DNA of 64,000 nt from a virus: the IMG/VR virus record IMGVR_UViG_3300032241_002567, positions 32,001 to 96,000 of that record; one strand, 5' to 3'. Shown here one piece after another: positions 29,187 to 39,700 of this stretch. A program made the position numbers and the translations under genes. Position 1 is the stretch's first letter, and every line of letters starts with the position of its first letter. Below the pieces are notes generated by a model that made no database searches, had not been told where the DNA came from, and saw only the letters and a list, made by a program, of their open reading frames with translations.

Positions 29187-31523
29187 ATGAGCGTAAATAA
29201 AATATACAATATACAAGAATGGCAACAAATTATCACTGCCTCTACACCAAGTGCTACTGCGAGTATCATTTATCCTAAGATAGATGGCAATTGGTATTAT
29301 ATGAATAGTGATGGAGTAGAAAGAATAATTTCTTTATCGTATAATTTAGGATATGGTTTGACATCTAGCACCTCTTATTCACCTTATAATTATATTTTAA
29401 ATCTTAATATTGATGGCTCAAGTCTAACTTTTTCTAATTCTCAATTGAGAGTTGGATATTTAACTTCTTCAGTTTTTTCACAATTAGGTCCATCAACAGC
29501 AAGTTATATTTTAAGTGTAAATACCACTGGTATTCCATATTGGATTCCATTTTCAGCACCAGGAATAAATGGTAATATAAATTATATTTCAAAATTTGGA
29601 ACTTCTACTTCTTTAACTAATTCAAATATTTACGATGGTGGTACTTGGATAAGCATGTTTACATCGTCTAATAGTGCTATATCACCTAAATTATTTATAA
29701 ATGGTGGTATAGACGCAACAACTTATTATGTAAATTCTAATGTTACTTCAAATATTAATATAAGTTCGAATTCAGGAATTAATAATTTATTAAAAATACA
29801 AGCTCCTAGTTTTAATATATTTGACCCTTCTAATTTTAGTTTTGTTTTAGGAACAGATAATTCTAATGGTAATTCTTTATCATTACTAAGCAATCTTATA
29901 CAATTAACAGCTACTTCATCTTCTAATTTAACAGCATCTGTAGTTATGCCATTTGTTAAAGTTATTGGAATTGGAACAGCAAGCCCCACACATCTATTAA
30001 CTATATTTGCAACACAATCAGCATTTAGATTAATAGATGGTTCACAAGGTGCAAATAAATATTTAGTTTCTGATTCTAATGGTGTTGGAACATGGCAAAA
30101 TTTATTTATATCTGGTAGTGTATCATTGAATTTTGCAACAGCTTCTGGGTTGACAGTAAGCAATTATCAATATTCCATATTACTTGCTCCTAATTCTGGT
30201 TTAACTTTGAGCACTTTGGGTATTTCAATAAATCCATCTTCTGCTGGATATGGCTTGACTTATAGTTCTGGAAGTTTTAGTGTAATTAGAAATTTTTTCA
30301 ATTTTGGAAATGGTTTAACATTTTCTGGTAATACTTATTCTGTGAATCTTGGAATTAATAGTGGTTTGACATATAGCAATTCAAGTATAATAGTAGAAAT
30401 AGGAAGTGGGTTGACTATATCTAATGGAATAATTATTTCTACTAGTCAAATTCAAGATGGCATAACTTATTCTTTTCCTTATTATAATACAAGTTCTTTA
30501 TTTACAAGTTCAGTTATTTCACAAATATCAAACAATATATTAATAGGGGCTACTTCAAATTTTGGTTATAAACTTTATATTGCTGGTTCTTTTAGCTCAA
30601 CGGGTGACGCTTTTATAAACAATATTAATATTGGTAGAGGTTTAGGTATTAATAATTTAATTTTTGGAAATACTAATTTTGCAACAAACATTACACCAGG
30701 TAGTCAAAGTATAGCAATAGGTGATAATACATTATCAATTAGCAGTGGTGGCAGCGGTGCCAATATTGCAATTGGGTTTAATTCATTAACGAATCTAACT
30801 TCTGGTGTAAATAATATAGCAATAGGAAATAATTCTGGTGAAAGTAGTAATTCAAATTATTCAGTAGTAATAGGTTATAATAACACAAATTTTGGAAATA
30901 ATAGTGTAATAGTTGGTGCTGATTCTGGAAATAGTGGTGCTAATAATGTAACAATTGGTTATAAAAGTGGAGCTAATTCTACCAATTCTCAAAATGTATT
31001 TTTAGGATATAAAGCTGGGACAAGTTTTAATGGTAGTTATAGCGTATTTATAGGTGGTTATGATTCTAGTGTTAATGCTTCCAATAATATATTTATATCA
31101 GATGGTCAGGGAAATTTAAGAATTTATTCGCCATCTTCTGGTAATGTTTTAATTGGCACAATGTCTGAAACTGGTTCAAAATTAGTAGTTTCCGGCAGTG
31201 CATCTTTTTATGGTTATCTAAATATTGTTGATGGAACGCAAGCAAGTGGTAGAGTATTAACATCTGACGCAAATGGTATATCTACTTGGCAATCTTTAAC
31301 CGCTTCTGGTGTTGCGTATAAATATGCTTCTACACAATCGTTTATATCTTCTACACCTAATGTAATAACACACAATTTGAATACTATGTTTTATATTATT
31401 CAATTATTTGATTATTTAACTGGCGACGAAATAATGGGTTCTTATACTAATCGCGGATTAACTCAAGCAACAATCACATTATCATCTAATGTATCAAATG
31501 TTGGGATAATAATTATGGGATAA
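29187..31523 (+). CDS. Tail fibre / adhesin-like protein
   Basis: GLTxS beta-spiral-like repeats, NIAIG/SVVIG YadA-head-like repeats, duplicated DGxQ..LxSDxNG..TWQ motif. Confidence 0.75.
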   Translation: MSVNKIYNIQEWQQIITASTPSATASIIYPKIDGNWYYMNSDGVERIISLSYNLGYGLTSSTSYSPYNYILNLNIDGSSLTFSNSQLRVGYLTSSVFSQLGPSTASYILSVNTTGIPYWIPFSAPGINGNINYISKFGTSTSLTNSNIYDGGTWISMFTSSNSAISPKLFINGGIDATTYYVNSNVTSNINISSNSGINNLLKIQAPSFNIFDPSNFSFVLGTDNSNGNSLSLLSNLIQLTATSSSNLTASVVMPFVKVIGIGTASPTHLLTIFATQSAFRLIDGSQGANKYLVSDSNGVGTWQNLFISGSVSLNFATASGLTVSNYQYSILLAPNSGLTLSTLGISINPSSAGYGLTYSSGSFSVIRNFFNFGNGLTFSGNTYSVNLGINSGLTYSNSSIIVEIGSGLTISNGIIISTSQIQDGITYSFPYYNTSSLFTSSVISQISNNILIGATSNFGYKLYIAGSFSSTGDAFINNINIGRGLGINNLIFGNTNFATNITPGSQSIAIGDNTLSISSGGSGANIAIGFNSLTNLTSGVNNIAIGNNSGESSNSNYSVVIGYNNTNFGNNSVIVGADSGNSGANNVTIGYKSGANSTNSQNVFLGYKAGTSFNGSYSVFIGGYDSSVNASNNIFISDGQGNLRIYSPSSGNVLIGTMSETGSKLVVSGSASFYGYLNIVDGTQASGRVLTSDANGISTWQSLTASGVAYKYASTQSFISSTPNVITHNLNTMFYIIQLFDYLTGDEIMGSYTNRGLTQATITLSSNVSNVGIIIMG

Positions 31524-31602
31524 TATAAACAATTATATTTTATTTTAATATAGATAGAGGAACAAAAATAACTTATATATATTAAAAATAAAATATAATT
31601 CT

Positions 31603-32541
31603 ATGGAACAAGAACAAAAAGCTATGACCGAAGAAGATTATCTTAAAAGACATTTTGAGAAAATTGAACACAAAAAAACATTTACAGAACCTCAACAAAA
31701 TTTACCAAAACAACAAAAGGATAATTCCCGTTTTACAGATTTACAATACCAATCTTTTGATTGTAGTATTTTTCCTTGTGGTATGTTTTACCCAATCGGT
31801 ACTACTATTAAAATTAGACCAGCTTTAGTTAAAGAAATACAAGCTTATTCTATGGTTGATGATAATAATTTTCCAGATATTATTGATAAAATGAATGATA
31901 TGTTAATGGCTTGTGTAAGAGTCCAATATCCCAATGGTGATGTTGCATCTTATTTAGATATTAAAGAGCAGGACAGAATTTATATTTTATTTCTAATTAG
32001 AGATTTGACTTTTCAACAGGGTATGTATTTAACAGTAAATAAGGAATGCTCTTGTAAAAATGAAGTGCAAATTGAGTTGAAACCAGCACATTTTCAATAT
32101 TTTCAATTAAATCATACTATGGAAAAATATTTTGATGTATATAGTAGAAGTTTTGTATTTGATTATAAAGGACGAGAGTTTAAATTAACTATGCCAAATA
32201 TTGGTATTCAAAAATCTTTTACTGAGTATATTACAGAAGAAGTAAACCAAAAGAAGGATCCTAATTTAAGTTTCTTAAAGATTATGCCTTTCTTACTTGG
32301 TGAAAGAAATAATATTGATAAAAAAGAAATCAAAGATCTTTTAAAAACTTTTCAAGATTTGTCTGTGGATTCTTTTCAATTTTTAAATTCAGCAATTAAT
32401 CATATGAAATTTGGAATTGAAAAATTAAGAAAAATTTGTAGTGCGTGTGGTAAAGAGGTCCACACAGATATGACATTTCCCAACGGAGCGTCAGGTATTT
32501 TCGTTATTCATGATGCCTTTGAGAGATATCTTGAAGAATAA
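31603..32541 (+). CDS. Baseplate hub / tail assembly protein (T4 gp26-like)
   Basis: IRPALVKE, D..YILFLIR..T, CSC and CSAC zinc knuckles. Confidence 0.65.
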   Translation: MEQEQKAMTEEDYLKRHFEKIEHKKTFTEPQQNLPKQQKDNSRFTDLQYQSFDCSIFPCGMFYPIGTTIKIRPALVKEIQAYSMVDDNNFPDIIDKMNDMLMACVRVQYPNGDVASYLDIKEQDRIYILFLIRDLTFQQGMYLTVNKECSCKNEVQIELKPAHFQYFQLNHTMEKYFDVYSRSFVFDYKGREFKLTMPNIGIQKSFTEYITEEVNQKKDPNLSFLKIMPFLLGERNNIDKKEIKDLLKTFQDLSVDSFQFLNSAINHMKFGIEKLRKICSACGKEVHTDMTFPNGASGIFVIHDAFERYLEE

Positions 32542-32764
32542 ATTATTACTTCAAGAAAATTTTCATACTAGCGAAACTTCTATGGACGATTGGGCTTTTT
32601 GGCAATTTGAAGAAAATATTAAAATAGCTAATTCTATTATAGAGGAAAAAGAAAAAGCTAGAAAGAAAGATGAAGATGAACAAAGAAAGAATATGCCAAG
32701 CATGCCAAGCATGAGCGGTATGAATAATAATATGTCTAACATGATGAATAAATTTAAAAAGTAA
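32510..32764 (+). CDS. Small partner ORF of gp26-like gene (possibly reached by +1 frameshift)
   Basis: Overlaps the upstream gene in the +1 frame, open from 32474. Confidence 0.6.
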   Translation: MMPLRDILKNKLLLQENFHTSETSMDDWAFWQFEENIKIANSIIEEKEKARKKDEDEQRKNMPSMPSMSGMNNNMSNMMNKFKK

Positions 32765-32783
32765 CCAAATTTGGTTACTTTTT
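32756..32783. terminator. Rho-independent terminator
   Basis: AAAAAGTAACCAAATTTGGTTACTTTTT. Confidence 0.75.
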
Positions 32784-33047
32784 TATCTATAATAGATAGG
32801 ATAAGGTTTTTAAAAGTTTATTTGCTAACTTAGCACTATATTTTAAGTCAATATGGATGTTTTTAATATCATTTTATTTTGTTGATAATATCATGCATCT
32901 TGTTTATACACTCTTCTATTTCTGATAACATATTATATAAAAATATTTTATATTCATAAATTAAAAAAAGTTGATATGTAATATAAAATTTTTTATATAT
33001 AACTTATAACTAGAAATATCTAGTAATAAAAAATAATTATAAAAATT

Positions 33048-33662
33048 ATGCCATTACCACATTATAATAATTTAGATATCACAGGAGCGCCAGGTGGTCC
33101 AGGAACTACTCCGCAAGAACCTGTATTTTTAAACCTATTTGAGATTGGGTTTGTTTTACCGACAATTTTACAAAATCAAGGTCGTAGCACATTCTTATTA
33201 CTTGAACAAGCTACAAATGTAACTTTAAATTTAAGTCCTGAAATTGCACAAGCTTCACAACGTTTTAAATATTCAACAAGAGTATTCTTAAAAACTCCTG
33301 ATAAAACTGATACAGAATTTACAATAAAATTTAATGTGAATGTTAATAATTCTGGAGCTATGGAAGTTTGGAATACTTTAAAAGCTTGGTATGATTTGGC
33401 TTGGAACTCTCAAACTGGTGCATTACATTATAAAGCCGATACAATTGGAACTGTAATAGTAAACGAACATGATAAAAAAGGTTTAGTTTTAAGAAGAGTT
33501 CAATATGTTAATGCACAATTAGCTAGTTTATCTACGACAGATTTAAATTGGGAAACAAATGATATTTGGAGTTGTGAAGCTAAATTTGTGGCTGATTACT
33601 GGCTTGACGATTATATTGATAATGGTGTTACACTTACAAATCCTTATATATCTGGATATTAA
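33048..33662 (+). CDS. Tail tube protein (gp19-like)
   Basis: NLFEI..., LKAWYDL.WN.QTG, G.V.V..HDKKG, LNWE...FVADYW. Confidence 0.8.
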   Translation: MPLPHYNNLDITGAPGGPGTTPQEPVFLNLFEIGFVLPTILQNQGRSTFLLLEQATNVTLNLSPEIAQASQRFKYSTRVFLKTPDKTDTEFTIKFNVNVNNSGAMEVWNTLKAWYDLAWNSQTGALHYKADTIGTVIVNEHDKKGLVLRRVQYVNAQLASLSTTDLNWETNDIWSCEAKFVADYWLDDYIDNGVTLTNPYISGY

Positions 33663-33696
33663 AAAAAAGAAGAACTTAAATAAGTTCTTCTTTTTT
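33663..33696. terminator. Rho-independent terminator
   Basis: AAAAAAGAAGAACTTA-AA-TAAGTTCTTCTTTTTT. Confidence 0.8.
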
Positions 33697-33755
33697 ATAT
33701 ATACTATAATTATTGGTATCTTTCTATTTAGAAATAACATTACATAACATTAAAT

Positions 33756-34364
33756 ATGCAACGTACAAAAGAACAAAGATTCTTAAAATATATACTTTTT
33801 AAAGAATCTTTTGATTTAGATAAATTGAAATTAAGTATTTTATCCGGAAATCCTGATAAAAAATTATTATATTCAAATCCAAAATATTTAAAACAAAGAA
33901 CTTATCCTGCAGTAGATTTAGAAAACCAACTTGGATTTAATGGCATCTCACAAGAATATAAAATGCCATTTGGTTTAACTAATATTGAAACAGAAAATAT
34001 TGCTATAATTTTTCAAAAAGATGAAGATGTTATTAAATTTTTATATTATCAAATGAAGAAATTAAATCCAGAACTTCCTGATGTATATAATACAGAAAAA
34101 ATGTATGATGTAATAGGTGGTGCTTTTTCTAAATATAATTCAGATGATATTAAAGATTATATTGAAAATTATATTGAAAATGAATATAAAATAGATAAAG
34201 AAAGTAGCACAATGGATTTAAGAAGATTATTTAATAGAAAAAATGATAAAATCGCCTATGATTTAATGTGGAATAAAATTGCAGATTTAGGACTTAAACC
34301 CAATTGGTTCCCTTCTATTAAAACTCTTAATTATATTTATCAAAAATTAAAGCAAACTATTTAG
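33756..34364 (+). CDS. Hypothetical protein with FLKYILFKESF tag-like N-terminus
   Basis: Open frame; TTTATATATA upstream. Confidence 0.65.
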   Translation: MQRTKEQRFLKYILFKESFDLDKLKLSILSGNPDKKLLYSNPKYLKQRTYPAVDLENQLGFNGISQEYKMPFGLTNIETENIAIIFQKDEDVIKFLYYQMKKLNPELPDVYNTEKMYDVIGGAFSKYNSDDIKDYIENYIENEYKIDKESSTMDLRRLFNRKNDKIAYDLMWNKIADLGLKPNWFPSIKTLNYIYQKLKQTI

Positions 34365-34590
34365 AAAAAACCCCCTTATTGTATTTAATATCATTCTTTT
34401 TACAATAATTATAAATTTTCCTCAACAACAATTGAAAAGAATAGTTAATTCTTTCATATTCAATCCGCTATTAATTTTTTCAACTAATTCATTTTTACTT
34501 CTTTTTGGACGATTTTGAATTATTAACTTACAAAACTTTTCGCTGTATGTTTCGTATAATATAAATTAAAATAATTCTGTCCCTATACAC

Positions 34591-35691
34591 ATGAGTAAAA
34601 TATTATTAATTGGTGATTGTCACCTAGGATTAGGCTTTCCCAATAAAACTGAACACTTTTTTAAAGTATCAAAAGATTATTTTGAGAATTTTTTATTTCC
34701 TATTATTGAAACAAAATTAACTAAGGATGACATAATCGTTCAATTAGGTGATCTATTTGATAATAGAAATATCGTTCCTATAAATATATTAAATTATGCG
34801 CAAAATATAATAGAAAGAATGTCTAAAATATGTCAAGTACATATTTTAATCGGTAATCATGATATTTATAATAAATCAGATAATAACATAAATTCCTTAA
34901 AACCCTTTAACTACATACCTAATGTATTTGTATATGAAACTCCAACAAAAATTTTATTTAATAATAAACAAATACTAATGATGCCTTGGATAGAAGATAA
35001 AAAAGAACAGATAAATATACTTAAAAAATATTCTGGTTGTGATTATCTTTTTTGTCATTCTGATTTAAATGGTGCTAAAATGCACTTAACTTCCGTGGCG
35101 CATAGAAACTCTGATAAAATCGATATTGAAGAATTTAGTGGATATGGTAAAGTCATGAGCGCACATATACATTTAGTACAAAAAAATAAAAATTTCACCT
35201 TTGTTGGCTCTATTCATGAGATGGATAGAAATGATATTGATAATCAAAAAGGTATATTTGTATTAGATACTAATAAGGAGACAGAAATATTTATTCCTAA
35301 TAATATTTCTCCAAAATTCAAAAAAGTTTATGTGAATAAGGAAGAAGATGTAGAATTATTAAATGAAGGAATGACAAAAGATTGGATTGATTTATTTGTA
35401 TCGAATAGTTTATTAGTAAATAATAGAAAGTTAAGAAGAAAAATGGAATCTATATTACAAACAGGTTCATTTGCTTCTGTAGAATATATTGATGATATTT
35501 CTTCTGATGAAGAAGCAAAAGAAGATGAATTAATTAATGAATCTTTATCTATTAATTTGGATTATAGTGAATATATAAAAAATTATATAAATTCAAATAC
35601 TTATGAATCTGATAAAATAAAAAGTGGTATTTTATCGGAATTTGAAACTATTATAGAAATTTACAAGGAATCTAAAAAGAAATTGGATTAA
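34591..35691 (+). CDS. Recombination nuclease subunit (T4 gp47 / SbcD / Mre11)
   Basis: IGDCHLG, LGDLFDNR, IGNHD, MMPWI, AHIH, FVGS. Confidence 0.92.
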   Translation: MSKILLIGDCHLGLGFPNKTEHFFKVSKDYFENFLFPIIETKLTKDDIIVQLGDLFDNRNIVPINILNYAQNIIERMSKICQVHILIGNHDIYNKSDNNINSLKPFNYIPNVFVYETPTKILFNNKQILMMPWIEDKKEQINILKKYSGCDYLFCHSDLNGAKMHLTSVAHRNSDKIDIEEFSGYGKVMSAHIHLVQKNKNFTFVGSIHEMDRNDIDNQKGIFVLDTNKETEIFIPNNISPKFKKVYVNKEEDVELLNEGMTKDWIDLFVSNSLLVNNRKLRRKMESILQTGSFASVEYIDDISSDEEAKEDELINESLSINLDYSEYIKNYINSNTYESDKIKSGILSEFETIIEIYKESKKKLD

Positions 35692-35716
35692 TTTAATATA
35701 TAAAATAAAAAATTTT

Positions 35717-35863
35717 ATGTTAAAAACTATAATTGGAATTGCATTATTAATATCTGTTGGTTCTGGGTTTGCTTTTCGCAAATTTTGGTCAAAAGGTTAC
35801 AATGCTATTATCCTTGGTGTAATAACACTTGCTTTAATTCTTGCTTTATTTTTTATTAAGTAA
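35717..35863 (+). CDS. Unannotated 48-aa two-TM membrane peptide
   Basis: MLKTIIGIALLISVGSGFAFRKFWSKGYNAIILGVITLALILALFFIK; TAATATATA at 35694. Confidence 0.65.
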   Translation: MLKTIIGIALLISVGSGFAFRKFWSKGYNAIILGVITLALILALFFIK

Positions 35864-36688
35864 TTAAATTATTATTTGTATCTGATTTGTATAAAATACC
35901 GCAATAATATCTGGTATTTTAACATCTATATCAGCAAATCTATCAATTTTACCAGTGATATAAAAGGCATCATATCCATCTGATATTAATTTTAGACGTA
36001 AATTATTAAAATAATTTACGTCTTTTGCATGTGAAATTCTGATTGCATCCCATTTATTGCTAGAAATTATATAAGGATTTTTATAAGTTAATTTTGCTGA
36101 AATTATTTTATTTCCGAAATACTGTGTATAATCTTTATCTTTTGTAAACCAAATACCCAATTTAGAAGTTGGTTTTGTTGTATCATTTGGTTCTTTAAAT
36201 TCTGAGAATTCGGCATCAGTTCCATGATACCAAACTTCTTCATTTAATTCTTCATTTAAAATTTGAAGTTTATCAGTTGTATCAAATAATTTATCTAATA
36301 ATTTTATTTTATCATTAACATCAAAAAATGTGGTTATATTATCTGTTAAAGTTTCTGTATTATTATTTTTAAAAAAATATAAATCATTATAATTTTTAAC
36401 ACCATTATAATTATACCCATCATAATATTTATTATTATTTTTAATAAAAGAATGATATGGAGCCATTAGCATTTCTGATTCAGGAAATAACCATTTTATA
36501 AAAATTGTTACATCATTACAATATCCGTCTATTAAAGATATTCTTGTTATTTTTAAATTTTTTTCGTAGGCTGCATATCTATAAGCATTATTAAGAAATA
36601 TTTGAAAATCTTTATTTGTTGGTAAATTTTTAAGTATTTTACTAATTTTATTATTAGAGAAATTTTCAAATAATTTTAGGTATTTCAT
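35864..36688 (-). CDS. MKYLKLFENF-tagged protein with C-terminal ART-PolyVal-like ADP-ribosyltransferase domain
   Basis: WYHGT..F..F...GIWFT...A.L..KNP...GYDA...AVFYTNQI; N-terminal part has GYC...H..IK...YYDG. Confidence 0.75.
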   Translation of the reverse strand: MKYLKLFENFSNNKISKILKNLPTNKDFQIFLNNAYRYAAYEKNLKITRISLIDGYCNDVTIFIKWLFPESEMLMAPYHSFIKNNNKYYDGYNYNGVKNYNDLYFFKNNNTETLTDNITTFFDVNDKIKLLDKLFDTTDKLQILNEELNEEVWYHGTDAEFSEFKEPNDTTKPTSKLGIWFTKDKDYTQYFGNKIISAKLTYKNPYIISSNKWDAIRISHAKDVNYFNNLRLKLISDGYDAFYITGKIDRFADIDVKIPDIIAVFYTNQIQIII

Positions 36689-36736
36689 ATTTTATATATT
36701 TATTCTAACAAATCTTATTTATTTAATATATAATAT

Positions 36737-39700
36737 ATGAATAATTTGTTATGGTTTAATTCTCAAGGAGATGCTCTCAATTTACCACCTGATCCTAATA
36801 CAGGGATTTATACAGGTACATTATTTTTTGAAGAAAATAGCTCCGATACATATAAGACGATTGGTTTATATCTTTTTGAATCAGTACCATCTGTATCTTT
36901 ACAATCTATAAATGGTGATTTAAGTACCCAAAAATTTCAATTATTTAATGAAAATCGTTTTACTATAACAGGTAATTCATTCTTCACACAAAGTGTTATA
37001 TCAATACAAGCATCTAATAATCGTCCAGATTTTTATTCAAAATGGATTTATGGAAATAATTTTGATACTATGTATCCAGTTGGTTCTTCTATTCAATTCA
37101 GCAAACCTGTTTTTGAATTTGTTAATCCTTTAGAAACTTACACGGTAACTAGTGTTCAAAAAGATGCTATAATGATTATAAGTTCAACTGATAATAAAAG
37201 TTTTACTACATTATATTCAAGTTTAACTTTTTCAAATGTTTATATAAGTGGTGTAAATACTATCGGTATTTATGATTATAGAAGAGGATTTATAGATGAA
37301 CTTTCTACTTGGAATGAGCAAAAGTTTTATAATTTAGTTTATAATGGTAAAAAACTAACAATAGTAAATTCAACAGCTAGTTCTGATACACTTATAAAAA
37401 GTAGCGATAATAATCAGATAGTAACTATTCAAAATAGCACTTTGCTTGATAGGAAGTATTGGAAATATAATATAAATGCGCTTAGTTATACACAAAGTAT
37501 AGATTTGAATGTTACATTAACTTTAACAGGTGATTTACCTTCTGTGTATAATGGTAGAATTACTTTAACTGGTAGTTCGGTTTATTTTAGTAATCCAATT
37601 CCTCAAACTATTTTTAAACCAGGAATTCAATTTACTATTGCAAATAGTCTTTATAATTCTAATGAAATTACAGTTGCTTCAATACCTAATTTTATAACAA
37701 CTAATGTTTTAACTTATTATGCAACTCAATCACAAACTATTTGGAATAATTTGATTTATCAATGTCTGCAATCTTATACATGGACAGCAACTTCAAGTAT
37801 AAATCCAGATAATAGTAATTATTGGACTAGTTCTATTACATATTTACCATCTCAAAATGCTTTAATTTATGAGGATATTTTAAATACTCAAGTACATTTA
37901 GTAAATAATGTTTTTAATTATATACAAGCTTATACACAAAGCAATGCTGTGACTATGGCATCATTTGCTCAAAATTATAGTTCTACTTTTGAGATTTTTG
38001 ATATTAATTTATACTATCAAAATAATCAGCTTAATTCAGATTTAATTTGGAGTTCGAATTATGCTCAGGTAGATTATAAAATAGGCACACAATCCATTAC
38101 TAATATAGATGTAGTTTCCGAATTTATATTTTCTACAAATGAAATTTTAACTCCACAAATTAATACTAATATTTCTGAAAATTTCAATTATTCAATAGTA
38201 ATTAGTTCAATTGATGAATTTGGAATTAGATTTAACATAAATGGTCAGATATATTCTGAAAATACTGAATGGGTTTATAATGGATTAGATGTTGATCAAA
38301 GGAAAACTATTGATTTGACACTTCGAAATTTTGTATTTAATAATTTTGCTACATTAGCATCATTAGGTGTAAATATAATTTTAGATTCTTATATCTATGA
38401 AGCAGAATTTGATTTTTATAAAGATACAATTTCATTTCAAACAATTTATCCTAATGTTCCATTTAATGTATCTGTAAAATTAGGTTCGTTAGCTAATTAT
38501 TATGTTAAAAATAAACAAATAATTTTTAATGATTTAGGAAGCTATTTAAGTATAAATATTAATAATAAAACTTATGGACAAGTTGTAACTTCAGCAACTT
38601 CAAGTTATTTTAGTCCTGATATAGCAACATCGTTAACAAAATGGGTTTCTAACAACTATTCTACTTTAAGAGGTTATGGTATAATTGTTTCTAATATAAG
38701 AAATATTTTATACTTAAATACGGTAGATGCTACAACAATATTAAATTTAAATATAACAACTAATAAATCTTCAACGCCTGGTATAAGTCAATGGGTAATA
38801 AAAGATTTTACACCCGGTAATTTTGGAATTTTAATTGCTGGTAATGAAGTTGTATTAGCAGCAACAAGTAGTCAAAGTTTTGAATTTTCTAATTTTGCCA
38901 CTGGCATGGTAATGTCAGTAAACAATACTCCATTTCCTTATAATAATCAAGAATATGGTCTTATATATGTAGATACTAATCAAGTTGGATTGAGCTATCA
39001 AGGTCCATTTTTTGCAGAAACTTTAAATGAATGTACTCTTTCGTCCTTTACAACTTTAGCTTTTTCACCTTTATGGTATGACGTTGAAACATGCCCTCCA
39101 GCTATATCTATTACAGGAAGTTCTGGTGCATATGACACTAATATGTATGGTAATGGGTTTCAAATAAATTATATTTTCACAAACAGTTATGATGTTTTAA
39201 CTTATGATTCTCAAAATTCAAATGTTAAAGATTTAATTTATTTGAATCAATATGATTCAATTTATATTGGAGGTGAAAATATAACAGTAGTAACAGCTGA
39301 TACATTATCTTACATTACTACTATTAATTTACCAACGTCTGGTATTATAAGATTAATTTATAATAGTTTTAACAATTATATTTATGCATTAACTAATACA
39401 AATATTTTAATTATTGATCCAGCTTCTAATTCTTATGTAACTACTATTAACATAATTCCATTTGATATTTTAGTTAATCAGTCAAATGGTGATGTTTACA
39501 TCACCGACGGTAGTAGTAGTTTGTCTATTTTTTATTCAAATAACTTTACACCAACGGCAAATGTTATAATAACATTATCCGGAGCAGGCAAAATTGAATA
39601 TAATATAGTTGACGAGTTTATTTATGTAATAGGAAATTCTTTATATCAAATTAATGCAACCTTTAGAACACTAGAGTCAACTATTGCGATATTAAATCCA

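Noticed and set aside
32789-32931. Small minus-strand ORF MLSEIEECINKMHDIINKIK
   Set aside because: Stops after 20 codons; at best a frameshifted remnant with no recognisable motif.
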